Shown here piece after piece: positions 58,447 through 64,000 of a stretch of DNA of 64,000 nt (the first letter of the stretch is position 1; each line of letters starts with the position of its first letter). The notes beneath the pieces were generated by a model. The model was not told the DNA's origin, searched no databases, and saw nothing but the letters and a program-made list of their open reading frames with translations. The stretch is from the human T2T-CHM13v2.0 reference genome, Homo sapiens. The stretch lies in the NCBI RefSeq assembly GCF_009914755.1, contig NC_060926.1; one strand, written 5' to 3'. The position numbers were made by a program, and so were the translations under genes.

Positions 58447-60204
58447 GATAATGAATATGGAGCAGGTAGTCAAAAAGTGTGAGTAGGTGAGGTGGGAAAG
58501 CATGCTAACTTCTCATCCATGACGGAGCTTGCACGGGAGCAAGAAAGTTATCAGGGAAAGAAAGAGATGGTCTTCCTGGGAATGAAAGATGATCAGAAAA
58601 CTCTGTGATTGGTGCAGAAGACACAGGAGCCTGCACGGGGGGAAGAGAGAGGGAGCCAGGGTTACAGTCATGAAGATTCCTGTTCCCCATGCTCAGGAAT
58701 TTGCACAAGTCACATTGTTTTGGTTGACTCAAGAAAATTAGCAGCAGTAGGCATTTATCAGACAAGCATTTGACTTTGGACATTTTCTGCTGCTACCTCC
58801 CTTATCTCTAATATTTTCTAAAGTGACCCAACTTGGCAATCTCAACACTAAACAAATCCATTTACTAAAGGGGTTAAGTTATGCTGATTGGCAACCATGT
58901 CCAGGCAAATGTTTCCAGGCCCCTGGGAAGGCCAGCTAGCCTCTGTGTGCTCCTCCCAGGGGTGAAGTATTCCTATAAGGGCTCATCCTATGCTCAGGTC
59001 ACCAATAGTCCTACAGCATAACATGCCTTTTATCTTCTCCGCTGCAAAGCTCAGGGTTGGCAAAAGGGACTCCCATTGGAAGATATGGTGTCCGACTCAA
59101 CTCTTGTTCTTCTGTGAGAATTCTGCAGAATAAAAAGTCAGTGCTCTCCAAGCCAGCATGGATACCTGGTATCCACTATATCCCAATATGAGAAAGTCTG
59201 CTCTCTGAACATTGAGTGTTTCTGGTTCTATGTGCTAATTTCCCCCAGAGGCAGGGGGTATTAGCTCCCTCCACACCAAAGCTTCTGTCCCATATTTGGA
59301 GCCACAAGACTGGCCAAATCAAAGCCGGTAAATGCCATCCCTTTCCGCACTTTCTCCGACCAGCTTCTTGGCCTCCTTACATTGCTTATTCATGGGTGTG
59401 TCTCTCCCCTACTTTAATGTAAATTCCCTGGGAAGAAAGTGTTGTGTTTTATTAATCTTTGTCAAGTGCTTTGCATTAACAAGGAGGAGATTAAGGAAAA
59501 AACAGCTATGGCACTTTCTAGATTGAGAACATTTGCATGTCCAGTCATGTGTACATATTTATGCAATACTCCTCATGTAATTGCCTTTTTGACTCAACAA
59601 TTACCTTCAATAATTTTTCCCTTTATTCTGCCTCAAGAGACACCAACTCAACTATAACAAAGGCCTACTGAGGGGTTTCTGCCTCTATTATCTCCCTGGG
59701 AGCCTGGACTCTCGAGAAAAAAGTCAACCTGTTTTTTAGTTTGTTGACTCATTGCACCGATGTTTCTTGAGTACCTGCTATGTCCCAGGCATTGGGTTAT
59801 GTTCTTAGGATATAAGAAGAGGCACCCAAGGAGCTCACAATCTGATGAGAAGACAAATAACTCTGAAAGCAAGTGCTGAGTTGCTTCATGGGAGATGGCA
59901 GGGGAGGGTGCCCTGGGAGCAGAGTCGAGAGGACCTGCCTCTACCCTGCTGGGTACAGCAAGGATTCTGTGAGCTCTCTTCCTTCTTAAGCTGCTCTTCC
60001 CCCAGAAGGTTATGCAGGTACAGGTCCTGACTGCTAGGGTCAATATACAACTCCTGATAACCTTTAGATCCAGGACACTGGAGGAAATCCTACACTCTGG
60101 TGGAGAAATCTATGCGGGAGAACCTGTCATTCTGTTGGTTTGGCCTCTTCCTTTTCTGCTAGCTTTGCTCCAGTGTCTATGACTGCAGATTGCCAGCTAG
60201 CTAG

Positions 60205-60440
60205 CTGTGGATCAGTGCAGAATAGCCTGGACTCAGAAGGACCTCGAGTCAGAGTCCTGGCATTGCCTTCTAACACTACCTCTTACCACCTCTCTGACCT
60301 TGGGCAAATCACATGTCTCAGTTTCATCATAAGTAAAACAGAAGTGATAATAGGACTTCCTAGGGTTGTTATGAGCCATAAGTGCATGAGCGTCAACAAC
60401 GTTCTGCAAGCAGTTACTGCTTTATAGAACACTCTATAGG
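60205..60440 (+). mobile_element. MIR
   Basis: TGACCTTGGGCAAATCAC...TCTCAGTTTCATCATAAGTAAAAC...AGGGTTGTTATGAG. Confidence 0.75.
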
Positions 60441-63400
60441 TGGTCCACATCAGTATTAAAGAAAGTAGCATGGCAGTACAGAACAAGATTTACTTGTCAT
60501 TAAGTGGGGCTCTCGATGTTGGCTCATCTCCCTCCTGCCATATACTCTGAGGACAAACTGTTGTCTTTGCTGGACGGTGGAGAAGGATGAAGAAGGCTTA
60601 GTTACTGTCTTCATTTCCCTGCATTCCGATTCAAAGCATCACCAATGTCCAATTTCAGAAAGCCAAAAATCCTCATGCCGAGAGGGGATTGCCTTCATTA
60701 AATGTTTACTGGACACTCCCAGGGGTGATCTTTGCATTATATGTGATGGGCTGGGCTGCCGGGCCATCTTTGTGGTGAGACTCTTTGCCCCTGTTCTAGA
60801 CAACAGTGTGGGCTGCCTAGGTGTCCGTCTCTGGACTCCAGCAGGGTGGGGCTGCTGACCAGGCTCCACAAGTGCTCTGGGCAGCAGCTGCAGACTCTAC
60901 ACTTCTGCCAAGGCGGCCTGTGTGGGCAGAACCAGGGCATGGAAATAGCTGAAATCCAATGGGCATGTATGCTTCCGGCTGCTGCCCTGCTCATGCTCTC
61001 ATCTAGCAGCCCCATCTGCTGCGTGGGAGGCAGCGAGGAGGGTGCAGTGTCTGGTGGCTGTGAGAACCCTGGCTGCCCCTGGGAGTCTGTGCCAGAGAAG
61101 GGCAGGACGGCAAAGCTGAAGCAACTGCTGAGGCCATGTTAGCCCCATTCCGCATCATACAGACCAAGCTGCAGAGGTCCAGACAGTGGGACTAGCATCC
61201 CCAATGTCAGACAGCTGGTTGAGGTAATAGAGCTAGAATCAGATTTCGTTGTGCACAGTGAAAACCATCTTGTTTCTAGGTCTTTCTAGACCAATTGCAA
61301 CCTTTTTACTGATACTGGCATAATACCAGTTTTCCCAAATAGTCTGCTTATCATCTCACTCCTCAACGTTAGGCTTCATGAAGACTTCCTTTCCCTTCAT
61401 TCTGCATCTTTGACACCTCTAGACCAGTTGTGATGACTCTAGAACAGCTGACCACAGAAACAGGCTAGGGTAATCCTACAAGGTGAAGTTCACAAGGCCA
61501 GTGCCTGCTTCCATGGTGCCTACTGCCAGGCCTGCTATTGCCTTTGAGATCTGACTCAGAACACAATGCCAAGAGCTTTCTATTAGATACAAACACCCGA
61601 CTTTGGACACTCTGTTACTCAGGTTTTTTTAGTCCCTCACATAGAAAAGCACCAGAGTTGTCACCATACAGAGCAACCCCAGATTCAAGGACAAATTGTT
61701 TGCATCTGTTAAAAGTCTTACAACTTAAGTTACCATTGGCTCCAAATAAGGTCAGTTTGGATTCTAGAAAACAGAAATCATCATTACCTCCTCTTTTTTA
61801 TGAAAACTACCTTCTTGCCTCTATCTTTTATAAGAACTGTGTTTTACACTTACTGAATTCTCAGCACAGTAGAGTTTATTGAATCCTGGGATTTCTGTCC
61901 TCAGAGAGTCCCTGGGATCATCTAGTTAGAATTCCTTTCAACTTACAAATGCAGAAACTCACCCAAAATTCTTGTGTTTTGCCCTAGTTCTTGAGGCTGG
62001 TTATCTGATTTCACACTCAGAACTGTAATCTAGGTCTTTCTGCAACCCTATGGAGGGGTCTAGTGAGCTGCAGAGGTGTTGTGCTCTGCAGAAAACAGGG
62101 GAGGCATGGAGCCCTGTAGGACTGTCTTTGAAACCCCACTCCACCTCCTTCTGAAAGGCAAGGCTGAGCTGTAATCTAAGTCTTTCCAGATATTCACTGA
62201 AGTCAGAACTGGTGCCAACCAACTCTAACCAATAAAAAGTCAAGTTTGCCCACTTGTGAGAGACGCCATGTGGCCTGGCCCTGTGCTTTCTTCCTGTGTG
62301 TGGGCTGCTCTGAGCAGGATGCATGTGGCAGCAGAGACGAGGAAGTGCCAAGGCTCATGAAGACCCCAGGACTACAGAAAGGACCGCTGACTTTACAGTA
62401 TCATGGCCTGTGTGGACATAAGTGGACATAGGGCAGGGGCCAGCCAGTCAAGGAGTCCCAGGGACCTCGTGTTGACTTATCTTCTGCCCAAGTGGTGAGA
62501 AAGGAGGTGGAGACATCTGTGACTGCAGTATCAGCCGGACACAGTGGCACAGGGAGCTTTCTACCCTGTCTGGTCTACAGGCTCATGGAATAGTAGGCTA
62601 CCCGGAAGCGTCTTATGATCAAAGCTTTTTGTGTGGCCTACGGTAAAATAAAGTAACTGAGGAACAGCTATAAATAGGGTAGGACACTCTTCCCAAGAGA
62701 CTTCTTGCCGGGTGGTGGTCAGAGGCATCTGTGCCCACACCCAGGAATGCCCAACAGGTCCCAGGGCCATGAGACTATGCAGAGGACTAAAAGAGGGTGG
62801 GGACACAGCTGTGGTCTCAGGCCCTGACACTTCCTTCGAGGAAGGGTGCAACTGCATTCTTGTATCGGTGTCCTCCCAGGCCTTCCGGGGATTGCCCTGG
62901 AAGCGGCCTGCTGGAAATGGAAAGCTATGTGTCTTTTAATTGCTCCTGATCCCTGGAAAATCCCCAGGCGTGGTTGCCTCTGGGGATGTCTTACCCCGGA
63001 ATAAGCAAGCATTTGAAGGTCTCTTGGCTTTCAGAGAAAAGGGAAACACGACACTGGTGGCTGTTGAAGCCAGAATCTCTCTTTCTTCTTCACACATTCT
63101 CTCTTCTCCTGTCCCTTACTCTGTCCATATTTCCTTTCATCTTTTTAGAGAGGTAGAGAAGTTTTTAAAATAGGACACTAGGAATCACAGAGCTGTAAAT
63201 TTCTTTGCTTTCTTGCGTTTTAAAGATTTAAGAAGTGAGGCCCGGAGAAGGAGAGTGGCTTGTCCAGATTAGGAAAAATGAAGCCCAGAGCTTCTAAACT
63301 CAATTTGTGATAGAGCCTCCTTCTTCCTCACTGACGCCCACCTGTCCTGAGGCACCTGCACCTTATCTGCAGAACAATTGGATGTCCTGTTTGCTTGCCC

Positions 63401-63584
63401 ATCTATCCACTCAGTTATACAGAGGGTTTCAGATTTTCTGTGGCACTGTGAAACAAACCAAAACCACACAGCTGCCTGGATTTGGGATCTGAGCTGAAAG
63501 ATCGTCTTTGCTTCTCTACTGGTGACCCCAAGCCTGTTATCCTCTGTCTCTCGGGGCTATTTCCTCAGCTTTGCCATAGGGAGG

Positions 63585-63631
63585 GTTCACTTGGACACTA
63601 ATGCTCTGGAGTTCACTTGGACACTAATGCT
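63585..63631. repeat. 21-bp perfect direct repeat, period 26
   Basis: GTTCACTTGGACACTAATGCT at 63585 and 63611. Confidence 0.9.
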
Positions 63632-64000
63632 TTATCATCTCTCAAATCACTTTCATTCCATCTGAGTGTTGCAGAAATACATGCTTTGCAGGGAGCGCAA
63701 TATTTAAGACAACCCAGTCCACCAGGCCTGCGAAGTTGGGAGCTCTCACCAACTTCACCAGACTTCAGAGTTGTTGTGAGATCAGCTAGAATGTGAGCCG
63801 CATGACATATTGCCACTGCGGCCCCCACACTCTGACATTCCTGTGCACGGCCCCTCAACAGCTGCTCCAGTGAGAATCCAAGTATAGTTCACCCTGTGGC
63901 CACATCCTATGCTGCTTTTCGGATCAGCTTTTGGGTACGGCCATTTCTGTGAAGGCCAACCAGCTTGCCTTCATCTTACAGGCAAGAATTCCCTCACACA

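Overview
Non-coding, repeat-rich primate DNA (most likely human, given the AluYa5-type diagnostics); intronic or intergenic. I find no credible cellular protein-coding exon. The listed ORFs are Alu, L1, LTR or low-complexity artefacts, apart from decayed L1 ORF2 fragments. Content: 16 Alus (J, S, Y), a 4.2-kb internally deleted L1PA7-like element, old L1M/L2/MIR fragments, MaLR, ERVL and ERV1 solo LTRs, hAT MITEs (MER1B, MER20, MER58A, MER3/33), an intact piggyBac MITE (MER75) and a tailless U2 snRNA retrocopy. I see no evidence for a new gene system. The most interesting signals are repair and retrotransposition scars: (i) a ~140-bp Alu flank at 41.1-41.3 kb copied into the head of another Alu 24 kb away, (ii) a 26-bp exact repeat bracketing a 1.76-kb segment ending in that same Alu tail, (iii) an AluY apparently part-converted by AluYa5, (iv) an open 49-aa PGBD4-like micro-ORF in MER75, (v) a 44-bp VNTR born inside an MLT2 LTR. 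Repeat subfamily names come from my recall of consensus sequences, not a database search.
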